The translations under genes and the position numbers were made by a program. 64,000 nt of DNA, taken from Trichinella spiralis. Taxonomy: Eukaryota. This document shows, one piece after another, positions 1 through 13,727 of this stretch (positions are counted from its first letter, which is position 1; each line of letters starts with the position of its first letter). The stretch spans positions 11,708,007 to 11,772,006 of the forward strand of contig NW_003526943.1 in assembly GCF_000181795.1 (NCBI RefSeq). Direction: 5' to 3'. Below the pieces are notes generated by a model, which was not told the DNA's origin, searched no databases, and saw only the letters and a list, made by a program, of their open reading frames with translations.

Positions 1-480
1 GTTAGTAAATTGTATGCAGATGTTAATTACTTATATTAAAAGAACTAGAATAATGCATGAGTATAAATCAATAATTATATTATGGCATTTTATTATAGTT
101 TTGCAAAAAAGTTAATATATTTTTTATATTCAGGGCGTTTTCTTTTAACTACTGTAAAGATGGTCATGTAATGCAATCATAAACAATGAATCAGACGATA
201 CCAATCAGTATCTGCACCTCCATCTTGCGTTCGGCATTTTGATGTAGCTGCTATTGGATTTGGAAAAATTAGCAAAAAAATTAACATGCACTTCGATTCT
301 ACAAAGCAGTTCATAATAGGCCAGAAAAAGCAGCTGCTGACGATCCCTGATACAGATAATTTACTGTGTATATGTTATGTTATGTAGGTCATTAGAATTT
401 AGCATAACATATCTGTTAAACAAATGGTGACATACAGCTGTATAACCACCTCTAATAAACACGGTCTAATTAATGTAATA

Positions 481-1260
481 CAGTAGAACTCTGATTATCT
501 GATCAAACTGTTTTTGGTGGTCGTTCGGATAATCGAATTTTCAGATCATCAGACGTTTTGAATATTTTAAAATGTATGTAAATAATTGAAGCGTTTATAG
601 CTGCTATCCTCAATCAGATACGGAATAGTAGACATTCTGCTTATTATGCGACGTTATTTGCCTTTTATTCGTTTATACTGCATGAAGCGTTTATTAATGT
701 GGTAGATTGTATTTTTCAGCGCTACATTCAAAAAGACCAGGTTTAGTTTGTCATATTTTACATAATCAGTAATAAGCTTCTGTTTGCATGTAGAAAGCTT
801 CTTCTGTGCAGCAACATCACAAATATGTCTCAGTAGCATCAGCTGGGTAGCGCTGAATTTTTCCTGCTGATCCATCTACTTCAAATCGGCAAGAATAGGC
901 TTCTGAATGGCTGAGCCCTTCATTTGGTTTATCAAACATATCAGACACATCGGCGTCTTCATTTTCATCTTCTTCCACTGCTTCGAGTATTTCATCGTCA
1001 GTTAATGTTCCAAATAATGAGTTATTATCAACAGCTAGCAACTGATCGACTCTGTCCCACGATAACTTAGAATTTTTGAATATTTCTATAATAGCTGTAC
1101 AGTTATCATCACAGCTTCTTAATTGGATTGCACATTCTTCATTGTAACCAAGAATTTCATTTCGAGTACATCCTGAAGTCGAGTCCCACGCTTGCGCAAT
1201 CATATAGCAGCAATCTTTTAAATTTATGTTCCGAAGTTGGAACATCAGATCGTCTGCGTC
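481..1260 (-). mobile_element. Tigger/pogo-family DNA transposon relic (3' part of transposase plus one terminal repeat)
   Basis: ORF 817-1245 (INLKDCCYMIAQAWD, LTDDEILEAV) shifts frame into ORF 654-875 (QLMLLRHI..AAQKK...KQKLITDY), resembling a Tigger/jerky-type transposase C-terminus. TA|CAGTAGAACTCTGATTATCTG at 479-501, followed by an inverted subterminal copy CGGATAATCGA, is a pogo/Tigger-type end. The other end was not found. Confidence 0.7.
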
Positions 1261-1840
1261 AGCATCTGAAAGGACAATACGTCTCGAAAATTATTGAAAT
1301 TCAAATGTCTGTTGATTAGAAATAATTTTTGCAAATCATTCTGAACTGCGATAAAAGTGGAATGAAAGTAGAAAAGGGAAATTCATTTGTGCTAAATAAA
1401 GTCACACATTCGATGGGTATTGATTTTCAGATGAAATGCATAATTGTTATAAAAAGATATCATAGTTGATTTAATGTTTTGTAAATTACTTTACAAATTA
1501 AGTATAAAAAACACTTGACAGTGCAACTGAATCATTGTTTAGTTCTTGAAATATGATGCCTTCTTAATGCAGATTATACTGACATTAATAATGGTGTAAC
1601 TAACGAATGATAGTTGAAAAAAGTTCAATTTCTATGATAAAGACAATCCCATTATAATTTGCCTTTATATTATAGTTTAAATTCACAAAATGAGTAGAAA
1701 ATATGTTAACATTCCAAAAATGATGGGAGAGCGTAAAGTATAATAAACAATGATCAGTGCCAACAGCGTGAGAGAGAACAAATAAACGCCGCACAAACAA
1801 AGGCCGCATAGCAAAATGATGAATGTAGGGCAACTGAGAA

Positions 1841-1876
1841 AAGGGGGCGTTACTGGAATTTGTATTGACCAATCAG
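1841..1876 (+). promoter_or_regulatory. Candidate core promoter of polybromo-1 (GC-box-like element plus CCAAT box)
   Basis: AAGGGGGCGT at 1841-1850 and ACCAATCAG (CCAAT 1869-1873) in a locally GC-richer patch. Possible non-coding 5' exons with AG/GT boundaries follow near 2146-2234 and 2291-2357. Confidence 0.3.
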
Positions 1877-3568
1877 AATGCGACTGAAGTCCATATGCAG
1901 CGTTTGAACATCAGAATAGCGCACTGCTTTAAATTTCACTTGCTTTTAGACTTAACAAATAATAATACTAGCGATTAAATCAAACTAGTAATTTCGTAAT
2001 TAATTTTTTAATACTTAATATTTTAAGTAAATTGCATTACTTCGAAATATTTTTTTAAAGTACAATTTATCACTTAGATATGTATGTTATTTTAGTATTT
2101 TCAATTTTCAATTTAAACCTTCTTATTTTTAAATTCTTCTGTAGGTGGGAACGGTTTTGCGTGATCTTTCGGCTTAGATAAACATTTTGTTTATCTTATC
2201 AATTAGCTGCTTATGAAACTTGAAGTCAGACTAGTAAGTGCAGTTTTATTTTTTATTTGCATTCATCTGGAAATTTGTTTCGCTTTTCAGCAGTTGCTTG
2301 AACTGATTTAAATGTAACATGTCGCTTGCGGTGGTGTGATTTGAGTAGTAAAATAGGGTAAAATGGATTTAATTCTTTCATTCGAACTATTCCCCACTGT
2401 CCAACAAGGCATCAGCTGATGATCGCTGATTGCTGCTTAGTACGCGAATTTAGGTCATAAGAATGGCGCTCGTTTGCTTTTTTCAGAATATTGTTTTTTC
2501 TTTTTTTTTTAATTTAAATTTAACTTTTGTTCAATTTTAGCAAATGTGTTTAAAAAATGAATAAATAAATAAATATATATATATATTACATGTTGCATGC
2601 GTGAATGTATATTTATTATGGTGTTCATTTATAAACAGAAAAGATTTTGATTCACAAAACTGATATTTTGTATTGGATACTTCACTTTGAAATTTTTGTT
2701 CTCAAGTTTATTACTCCTGCACTCCTTTTAAAAAAAATATACGAAAAACTTTATTCATGTATATTCAGATATTCAGATGTAGCTTGTTATGCATGTTCAT
2801 GTTGCTTTTGATTTAATTTAATTTAATTTAATATGAACAGTATGTAGATAATTGAAATTACATTGGGAAATTTTGTGATACACAGTATATAGCATAACTG
2901 AAATATTTTTTTTGGAAATAAGGGAATTTTTTGAGGTTAGATGCTTAAAGCGAATATCAGTTGTCAGTAAATGTTCTTTTCTGTTTGTGTGCAAATTGGC
3001 AATATAATGAAAACGGTTGAAAATTAGCTAATGTAAATTACTAATTAGTATTATTATTATTGAATTTATGTTTATTGTTTTGAATTATTGAATTGAAATT
3101 ATTTATTATTATCAGTTTTGGTGAAATTCTGATTATAAGTTATCTCTGCATACTTTATCAGATCAATTAGGCATGTTAATTTTTAAATAATGGTGTGACG
3201 AATTTGAAGTAAAGCAGTTTTACTTCGTCTTTGGCGTTATGGGGGATTCTATTTAATATGTCACTTTATGACCAAGTGAACAGTTAAATATTGTCAGTCA
3301 TATTTTAGAGTGATTCGATTGTCTGAGCATTTCATTTACTATTTTGAAAGTTTTTAAATAGTTTCATAAAAAATGTGATTTAGAATTTTTATATAATATG
3401 GTATTTGGACACTGTTAAAAAATTTTTTCCTTATAAAGATGCAAAAAATCCTTCCTTAGGAAGAATAATATTATGAAGATATTTCTTTTGATTAATGTAA
3501 AAATTAGGTGTTTTTGTTAAATTTTGTTGAGCTTAATGCAATACTAGCAAAATTTCTCAATTTTTACA

Positions 3569-3857
3569 ATGTCCGGCCATCGCCATGGTAAGCTCATTAC
3601 TGATTTTGCAATTTGCATGCATTTTCCATTTCATACTGTAGTTTATTTTTATCTGCAAGTTTAAATTGGGAGTTGAAAAGAATATGTTTTGTATTAATAA
3701 AAAAATGTTTTTATTCATATTGATTTGAATATTTAATTGATATCTAATTTGTTTATATGTAAATATATTGACATTTTACATTAATATATTTAAACTGTTG
3801 ATCGACAATTGAATGAATTGCTTGGTGTTTCAGTTTTTTATCTTCATTGTGTATATA

Positions 3858-3898
<41 letters not shown>

Positions 3899-6800
3899 CT
3901 GTGTTTAATCAGAAGTCTTGCTTCTTAACAATAAATTAGTGTAATTTAATGTTTTTTGTAATTATGTTAATAATTTTACATGATAGTTCCAAAAAGTAAT
4001 GTTCAAATATGATTTATATTTTTTAATATTAAAAATTGGTTTTTACTGAATTTAATTTATTTTTTACTTTTAGGTTGGAAAATGACTAGCAAGAGAGCGC
4101 ACAGTAGTGACGAAGTTCCTTTAGCAAAGCGGCTCAGGCGTAGTGCGTTAAGCAGTGCAGCCGAGGAACAAGTAGTATATCAGTATTATTTATCGCTTGT
4201 TTATATTTATTAATTTTTGATTTTGTTCAGGCGAAGCATATTCGTGAGTTATTTACTAGAATGCGTGATTTTGTTAATGAAGATGGACGTCACGTTAGCA
4301 GACCATTTTTTCGTTTTGCTTCAAAAAAGTGATTACTTTAAAGAAATGCACGTAATAGTATGCGTGAAAATATTTATTTTAATTTCCTTTAGACTCACGC
4401 CTGAATATGTGAAAATTGTGACAAATCCGATGGATTTGACTCTTATTCACGAAAAAGTCAAGCAAGACGAATATGCCAATGTGGATCAGTTTATGTCTGA
4501 TGTTAATTTGATGGTTGAGAATGCGAAAAATTTTTACAAAGTCTATTTATAATTTTTGTTATTTTTTAAATATTTTTATTGAACTGACAGTTGGTTTGTT
4601 CGTTAGAAAGATTCTGTGGAATATGGTGACGCCTGTGATCTTTGGAATATGATTACAGAAGCTAGGAACAAGCAAGAATGCAATAGTGATACAATGAGCG
4701 AATTCAGTAATCGTTCAATAGACAGTTCACCAACTCCAAGTTTAAGGTAGAGATGAAAATATTGCATTGTATGTTTATTTATTTATATACATATATGTAT
4801 GTATCAATCAGTCCGAAAAGGGAAAATGCCAGTAATCGAACGCAGGCATGTTTGTTGGAAAAGCTCCTTTGCACTGTATTGACTGCTAAATCTGAAGATG
4901 GTTTGCTGTGCGAGGCATTCAAAGTGATCCCTTCGAAAGAGGTATATGCTTTGTAATGTGAAATAATTGGAAAAGGAAAAGCAACTTATTGAAATCCACT
5001 TTCACGTTGCAGGAATGGCCATATTATTATGAAGTAATTCGTGATCCAATCGATCTGAGGACGATTTCAATGAAATTGCGTCGTGGACGTTATAGATCTG
5101 TGAACGATCTTGAGAAAGATTTAAATCAACTTTGTCGAAATGCTAAGCTTTTCAATGAGCCAAGTTCATCTGTTTATCGAGTAGCTAATAGAAAAAGATT
5201 AATTTTCGTAAATATTTAATGTATATATATTTTATTTTTCTTTTTAAGGCAGCTAATGCAATTCGAAAACTTGTTGCACATCGTAAAATGGAATTGACCG
5301 ATTCCAATGCGAAGTCAAGCAGCTATTATCACGAGTAAATTTATTTATATAATTAATATTGTCCATCTGATGGAATTAGTGATAATTTTTCACATGAATA
5401 CGAAACTTATGAATATTGGTTAATTTTAGAATGAAAAAGACCTCTGCTGTTATCGACAATTTTTTGAGAGAAGTTTGTGCTGTTGTTGAAGAAGATTCAG
5501 ATGATGAACAGATTCCATTGTCGACAAATGCACAGCTTAAAAATTTGTACACTTTTTTACGCAGTTGTCGTGATGAACTTTCCGGTCAGTGTTTAGTTGA
5601 ACCTTTTTTGAGATGTCCGGAGAGAAGGTTTGTTTGTTTGTTTGTTTGTTTTTAATTTTGAAATAATTTACATTTATTTGCAGCTCTTTTCCTAAATATT
5701 ATGAAAAAATTGCGATGCCTATCTCCTTTTACGCTATAAATCACAAATTGAAGGTGACTTGAAATTATTCTGTTTATTTATTAATTACAAATTTGATTGA
5801 AATTGTTTCAGGTTGGTTTGTACAACGCTGTAAGCGGTATGCTTGACGATATTAGTTTGCTTTGTTCAAATGTGAAAGTCTATTTCGGTGAAAATTCAGA
5901 ACTATATAAAGTATGTTGAAAAGGAACATTAAACAATATTGCAATTTTCATTTATTATACTACCGTAATTGAAGAAAAAGTATATTGATTTGAAAAAAAA
6001 ATTTAATGACGAATTTGAATATATGACACTATGTTTTCTTTTTTTTTTTTTGAAATCAGCTTTTGTGCCAATTTATTATCAGTGCTTTGTTGCTATGAAT
6101 TTTCATCAACTAGCACAATAATAATGGTATTTGTTAATTTAATTTTGAATATTTCATTAATACATATTTATGATAGCATGCATTATTCATTATTGGAGCG
6201 AATTGTTGTTATCGTTTTTTTCATATCAGTATGATTACTGCACGTTGAACTTTATTTTGCACATGGTTGAAAGCTGTTTTCCTATGTCTGCAGTTGATTA
6301 ATTTTAGAGAGCTTTAAAGCTGCAATTGATGGCATTCAGCAAAATCCAAGATACGGATACATCCCAACTAGAACTATCTGTATGGAAAGTATTCTTTGAT
6401 AAAATATTTGTTTGTTTTTATTTTTTTTCAAACGTAGGATTTGGAACATTTGGCTGGCTTAGATGATGTTCCTAAAACGGAATCAACTTTGCATTTGCCG
6501 GCGGTGAAATTGGAATTCAACGAAGAAAGTGCACGAGGCAAAGTTGGTAGAAAATCGTTCGACGATGCTCTTGCTCAATACAGAGAGAAATTGCTTAGCG
6601 TTTACAACACGGTTGTCAATTATCGAGTTGGAAAAAATTCTTTTTTTTTCTATTTTATTTTTAAATAACGCAAATTATAAAATGGATTATACATTTGATA
6701 ATTTATTGTGTAGGATCAGACGGGGCGTGTTGTTGCTATGGCTTTTATGGAGAAACCTTCGAAGAAGCTCTATCCCGACTATTACAAAGTAATCCCAGAG

Positions 6801-9800
6801 CCGATTGATTTGCACATGATCAAAGCGACTATCGACTCAGACCGAGTAAGACACGACATTTGTAGTTTATTTCTTTTTTTAAATATAATATTTGCATATT
6901 GAATATTTGTTCATTTTTAATTCAGTACACTTCGTCACAAGCTTTGGCGGCAGATTTTGAACTTCTGTTTGAAAATGCTCGTCATTACAACGAAGATTAT
7001 TCAGCAATTTATACTGATGCGAACACGTTGAATGGAGTATTTGCAGACGCTATGAAGCATGTTTTTCCAACTCCGTTAACAATACCCAAGTGCAACAAAA
7101 CTAGGTAAGATTTCACTTTGCATGCTTTTTTTTGCTGGTGCAAATATGAATTAAATAATAATTTGCATGAAAGAGAGAATTTTATATTATTATAATTAAG
7201 AGATTACAGAGAATAATAAATATTCATTAGTCAGTCATCACGTGTGTCAGTTGGACGCATCGGGCGCTCTTCGACTGATCACACACACGCGCACAAGAAA
7301 AAATAAGCTGAATTCAAGCATTGGTTGGTTCAAAATATAGACTATTATTAAGATTTCTTTTGAAAATTATCAGTGATTTATTCATGTATATCTGATGTTG
7401 TTTTTGTGATTTTATCCGGTGAATATTTTTTTATTTTATAACATGATTGATTGATTAATTTTTACAATATTTTACAAGAAATAATTTGTTTTATTTTGAT
7501 AATTTAAACTGGGATAAAATTTGTATTATGTTTTGGTGAAATTAACGGTTGAATTTTAAATTGCATGCATAATTAATATATTTAAAAAGTTATTTGAAAG
7601 TTTGTAAATTTTTAGCATTTATAGAAAAACAAATACTGCAAAGTGTGGACATTTTTTGTTAGCATAAAATTTGTCTAGTGAGCATTGTTTGCGCACGTGT
7701 GGTGTAATGGGGGTGCTGTTTATTTGGTGATTTCGTTGCTTTGCAAAATTTTAATTGGTCGCTCTTAATACGCGTTATTTTCTTTCTTAAATATCAAATA
7801 AAATATTCAACTTGTCAGTAATTTCAAAATTTGCTTATATACATATGTATATATATAGCAGCAGTGGTAAGTTGAGATCATCATCAATTATGTTGAATCA
7901 GTTTATAAAAAAATTTTTTATTTTTATTTGTTTTAAATTATTAAATTTTGAAAATAGGCGAAATAAATAATTAATATTTTATTAAATTGATGCGAAATGA
8001 TAATTTTTTGTGAATAAATTATGCGCATGTTGTTGTAATGTGCGTGTTTCAGGCGTTCGAATTATAATTTTATATTGAAAGATCGATCGCGTAGAGGAAG
8101 TTATAGCAGTGATTCATCTGGCAATCGAGTGTCACGAAAAAGTCAAAATATCTCTTTGGGTGAACATGAGCTGAAACTTTGGTACATCTACCAGGCGATC
8201 AAAGAATTCCGTGATCCGAACAATCGTACATTGTCGTCAGTTTTTCTGAAATTGCCATCTCGAACTGTACGTAGTGAATGAAGATTTGTTTTTTTTTGTT
8301 TAAGGAATTTATAATGGAAATTGTTTTTAATAATTATTAATAATTATACTTGTAATTGTTGTTCGGTTAGGATTATCCAGATTATTATGAAGTGATTCGA
8401 AAGCCGATTGATTTGCAAAAGATTTGCAACAAACTTTCCGCTAAACAGTACGACAGTGTCGAAGCGTTGGTGTCTGATTTCGCTTTGATGTTCGACAACG
8501 CTTGCAAATTCAACGATCCAGATTCATTGATTTACAAAGTGATTAAACCATAATGATAATTTATTATTCATTTTTTTCTTCTAAATATGGGTTATTATTA
8601 TTATTATTATTCCATCATTGCAGGATGCTTTGACATTGCAACGGGTGTTGATACAGAAGGCTGCTGAACTGCGACGTGGTGAACAACATTCTCCACCAAT
8701 TGACGTGCAATCTGATGTTCAAGAGCTTTTGAACCGAATTTTCTCTGACGTTCTGAATTATCAAGTAATTTGAGCAGCATTGTTGGCTTTTCTGTTTTTT
8801 TTTGTTTTGCACACCATTGAAAGAAAGAATACTGTAGTGGAGTGGTACAAAGTATTTTTTGAAAAAGAAAATTATGATAATATGTTGTTTTTGTTGCATG
8901 CAGTAATAAGCGAAGGTATTGTTTTGTTATTTGATTTTTGAATATTTTCCAAGGATGATCTGGGTCGATGTTTGAGCGATTCGTTGTACGAAGCCGACGA
9001 AGAATATTTAATAAAGACCAAAGACAAGTAATTGTTGTTGATTTTCTTTTAGCACATAATTTGGTTTTTATCAATTTAAGCTAACATTATATAATATATA
9101 TGCATTGACGACAAACAAGTGTTGCGTAATGACAGTTGAAAAATAAATGTGTGAAATATTATTAATTTTTTTGAGCAGATTTAAGTTAGAGAATATTCAA
9201 TTTTTTCTCATGACCACTAGTGTAAAAGTATTCTGTTTCAATCGTTGAATTGAATTATTGTTGCTATTATTATTTGATTTGTTTATTTATTTTTATCTTA
9301 AATCAAATAGATTATTATTATTATTATAAATCTGACTGAATTGGAAATAATTCAATGAATGATATTTTGTGCGATTATTGATCAAATAATAATGTTATGT
9401 TCTTTTATATAATATGAAAAATATATGAAGATTTTTTTTCAGAGATGCTGTGACATTGAATATTATCAAAAAACGTTTGGAAATGGTGAAATTTTTTGAA
9501 TTTTCATTTGGTATATTTTGATTTGTTGATTTGTATGAATTTTGTAGAAGTGGTATACGCGATTGGATCGTTTTCAGCAAGATATGCTTGAAGTTTTCAA
9601 ACGTGCTCGAAGATTGAAAAGTGTAAATTCGCAGGTATGATTGTTTTTTTTTGTCTTAGTTGTTTTGTTTATTTGCAATTAATTTGCATTAGATATTCGA
9701 AGATTCGGTGGATTTGCAGTCGTATTTTATAAAAGTTCGAGACGAACTGACCAAAAGGGGCGATTTGTTCTATTCGTCGGCGATGAGATTCACCGAGAAA

Positions 9801-12800
9801 GATTTGATCAGTGAAATTGACGCGATGCGCAGGCGGAACGCGTCCAAATCCAACTTGGAATCCGAAGTCGAGGACAATTCCATCAACGAGCCAAAGGTGA
9901 GGAGGCTTGGGTCACTTATAAACGCTGTGGTGGATATCCACCATTTTGAAGCAGGGTTATCGTTTGCCGTTATAAAAGGGAGAGTGGACATGAAAAGCTG
10001 TGGTGTAAGTTGTTTTATTACGCAGCAACTCACACTCGGGCAGTCAGCAAACAAACAAACAAACAAGCATATCTAGCTACAACAGCAATATTTATAGCTG
10101 TTAGATGTGTTTCCGGTTAGTTGTACTTGGCTTTTTCATGCATTATATTGGCGGTGGATATTAAGTAGTAGTAGTAGTAGTAGGGGTACATGCAGTATAT
10201 TTTTCAGTTTTTCTTCATTTATCATTTATTTTTTTCACTAACTAATTTATTTTTATTTTAATATTTATTCCACCGTCACGGTGATTTGAATTTGAACATT
10301 GATTATCGTATTTGAGGAAGGTGATGTGGAACTGTCGTCGGTGGATGTTGGCGGAACAGTTTACAACGTGGGACATTTTGCCTACGTGAAACAGCAGCAG
10401 AACAATTACAAGCCACGTATATTGCTAATTTCGCGAATTTGGAAACAGCCCACTGGAGCAGTTGGCATTTTTGGCAACTGGTATTACAGACCATCAGAGA
10501 CGTGTCACGTTTCAGTTAGAAAATTTTTGAAAAATGTAATTTTTTATTTATATTCATATTTTAAAAAGTTGTTTTTTAATGTTTATTTTATTTTTCTTTT
10601 TATCCTATGCATTACAGTACTTTTTCAAATTGATTTCAGTTTTGAAGAAAGTGTTTTTTTTGTAGGAAGTGTTTCGTACGGACGCTTACGATCGTGTTGA
10701 GCCGTCGACATTGGCCGGTAGATGTCATGTCCTTTTCATTAAAACATTTGTCAATCACAAGCCAACAGTAAACCATCATTTATCATAATTAATAAATAAA
10801 CAAATAATTATACAAAGTGTGAATTTTGTTTCTTTTTTTTCTTTGAGAATTTTGCCGACGAAGATGTGTACGTTTGTGAATCACGGTATTCTGTTGTCAG
10901 TCAAGAATTCAAGAAGATCAAAGTGAGCAAGCAGGCAGTTATTTTTTTTGGCTTGTTTTATTCAGTGCTTATTTTTTCATATATATTTTCCCAGTCTTGG
11001 CAGTTGAGTTCACAAGGAGTGCATTTGGAAGACCGATCCACACCTTGTTTATTGTTGCGTATGCCTCTCAATTTGGAACCACATGATGCCAACAATGGGA
11101 ACCTGTTATCATCAGTTCAGCAAGAGGAAAGCACTAGTAAACAAGAGGACAACAACAACAGTTGTTTATTGGTTGCCGATACAGGACGAACGGTGAGTAA
11201 ATAAAGCAGTTATTTATAAATATTTTTAGCATACTTTGTTGCGGAATTATTTCCGCTATTGGTTGTCTTAATTTCAGTCCTTTATTTATAATTCTATTGG
11301 CTGTTTAATGCTGGCCGTGGATTGGTGAATTTTTACTTAAAAAATTTTTTTATTAAAATCAAATATTAAATGAAATTGAATGAATATAAATGCAAATGCT
11401 ACTGCTGCTAATGGTGACGCAAACCTTTTACGAATCTCACTGCCTTGTTGTATTGATTTTGTTTTAAACAAATTGAAGTTTTTTTGGAAAATGAAAAAAA
11501 TGATTTGGAAAAATAAAATTAAATATTAGTTGAGTAAAAGTAGCTTTAACTTTTTCCCCAAATTATATTTATTTGAATTTTGGAAAGCAAAAATTTACTA
11601 GTCCCCATTTGCCGTCAGTGAACAACAATCGATATTATTAGTCAGAGTCCTAGTCAATTTTTTTTTTAATTTATTTATTATCTTATTTTTTCTGAATGAC
11701 ATATTTCAATACATTTAAATAAATGTTGATTTATTTGGTAGGATGTTGTTGTCGCTGGTCAAAAGGAAAACTTGTCCACTGTTGCTTATGAACAGATTCA
11801 ATTGAATGGTTGTTGGATAAGACTCGGCGATTGCGTGTACATCCGTGTTTCTGAACATGAAGTGAAAGTTGTCCTTGTCGAACGAATCTGGAAATCTCAA
11901 GAGTAATTTTCCCAGCAGACGACGATCTGCATCATAATTATTAGTTTATTTATTTACTTATTTATTTATTGCTTTTTTTCAAGTGATATACTTCTGCATG
12001 GCATCCCATTTGTCAGTCCACACCAGATTGAGCACGAGCCTACGCAGATGTTTTATAAAAAGGAACTTTTTGCCGTTGAACCGTCTGAGACGTTCAACGG
12101 ACGGTCAGTAGTTGGCCGTTGTGCGGTGCTTTCTTTGAAAGATTATTGTTCCTGTATGTAGATCACTGTTCAAAATGTGGATGTTTATTTGTTTGTTTGT
12201 TTGTTTGTTTATTTATTTTGTTTTTAGCCAGACCGACCGAAGTGAACGAAGCAGACGTTTTTCTGTGCGATTCACGGGCAGTATGGAATGAATACGGAAA
12301 ACGTGTAATACCTGACAATCCCGAGCGAAAATTTAAACTTCCTGTAATGTTGTTTTTATTTTCATTTTTCAGTGATCAATTAATTAATTAGTTAATTAAT
12401 TTTTATTTCACAAACAGACCTTTCGACTAAGCTGTGAAGTACCTGAAGATGAAGTTGCATTTTTCAAAAAGCCAATGAGTGCGGAAAAAGTTTGTTGAAT
12501 TAATTTAATTTTTATTGAATATTTTAATAATTTTCTCTAAATTTAAATCTCCCATCACAGGAACCTTCGCCGTTTTTAATGCAGCGTGCAATTGTGTACA
12601 ACGACCTTCCTTTGCCTGAGCAGAAGAACAACAACATCAGATGCTCCAATTCTGAAATAGCCGAACCTAGCAGCAGCACTATCTCCTCCACTACTGCTAC
12701 TACTACTCCTACTACTACTACTACTGTTCGGGTAAATTTTAATTTTTGAATACACTTTTTTTTCATTTGCTTATCAAAGATTGTCTTGGCTTTCAGGTTG

Positions 12801-13690
12801 ATACACCATCCACACCGAAACTTACTTCCAGATCAAAAAGTGGTTACATCTTATTTTCGGCTGTAATTCGCAAACGGATCATGGCTGAAAATCCAGAATG
12901 TTCTTTTGGGCACATCAGCAAAATTGTCGGCGCTGAGGTAGAGGAGAAAATTTTCCTTACTAATATATATATATATATATATATATTATTAAATTTTAAA
13001 ATATTCTGCTTCAAAAAATTTTCATTGATCAAATGAAGAGAGAGAGCAATTTTCAAACTTTGCACATCAATTTGTATGGATCAGATTTTTTTTAAAAAAA
13101 TCATTTTTCTCTGAATTCTAAAAATGGATTCAATTTATTATAGAAATAATGTCTTTTTTTGTTCTTCTAAAACGTTTCTGGTGAATATTTATCATGTGCG
13201 TTAATTTGCATAGTGGAAGAAGCTGTCTGAAGAAGAGAAGAAAAAATATGAAGAGGAAGCACAAAAAATTGCAGAAGAGAGGGAAAAGGCTGACCAGTTG
13301 ACTGGTGGCCGTTTGCAGCTTCTTCCTGGTCAGATCAGGGTTTATTGTTGCAAATGGCGTGATTGTGATTATCAATTCGACACTGTCGAACAGCTGAACG
13401 AGCACATCACTTCAATGCACACTAGTCAAATAGGTAAAATTGCATTTTTTTTTCTTCTTCTATTTTATTTTTTATTATTGTATATTGTTGTAATAATTTA
13501 TTATTTTAACGAATTTTACAATCGATTTGGCAATGCTTATTTTTATGGTTGTATATAATTTCGATCAATTTCAGTTGAAGGCAGTGACAATCAGTATGTA
13601 TGCATGTGGTTGACTTGTTCCAAATATCGCAAAGAGGGCAGGTAAAATGATCGTATATTTTTTGTTTTTGCATAAATATTCCATTTCAAA

Positions 13691-13727
<37 letters not shown>

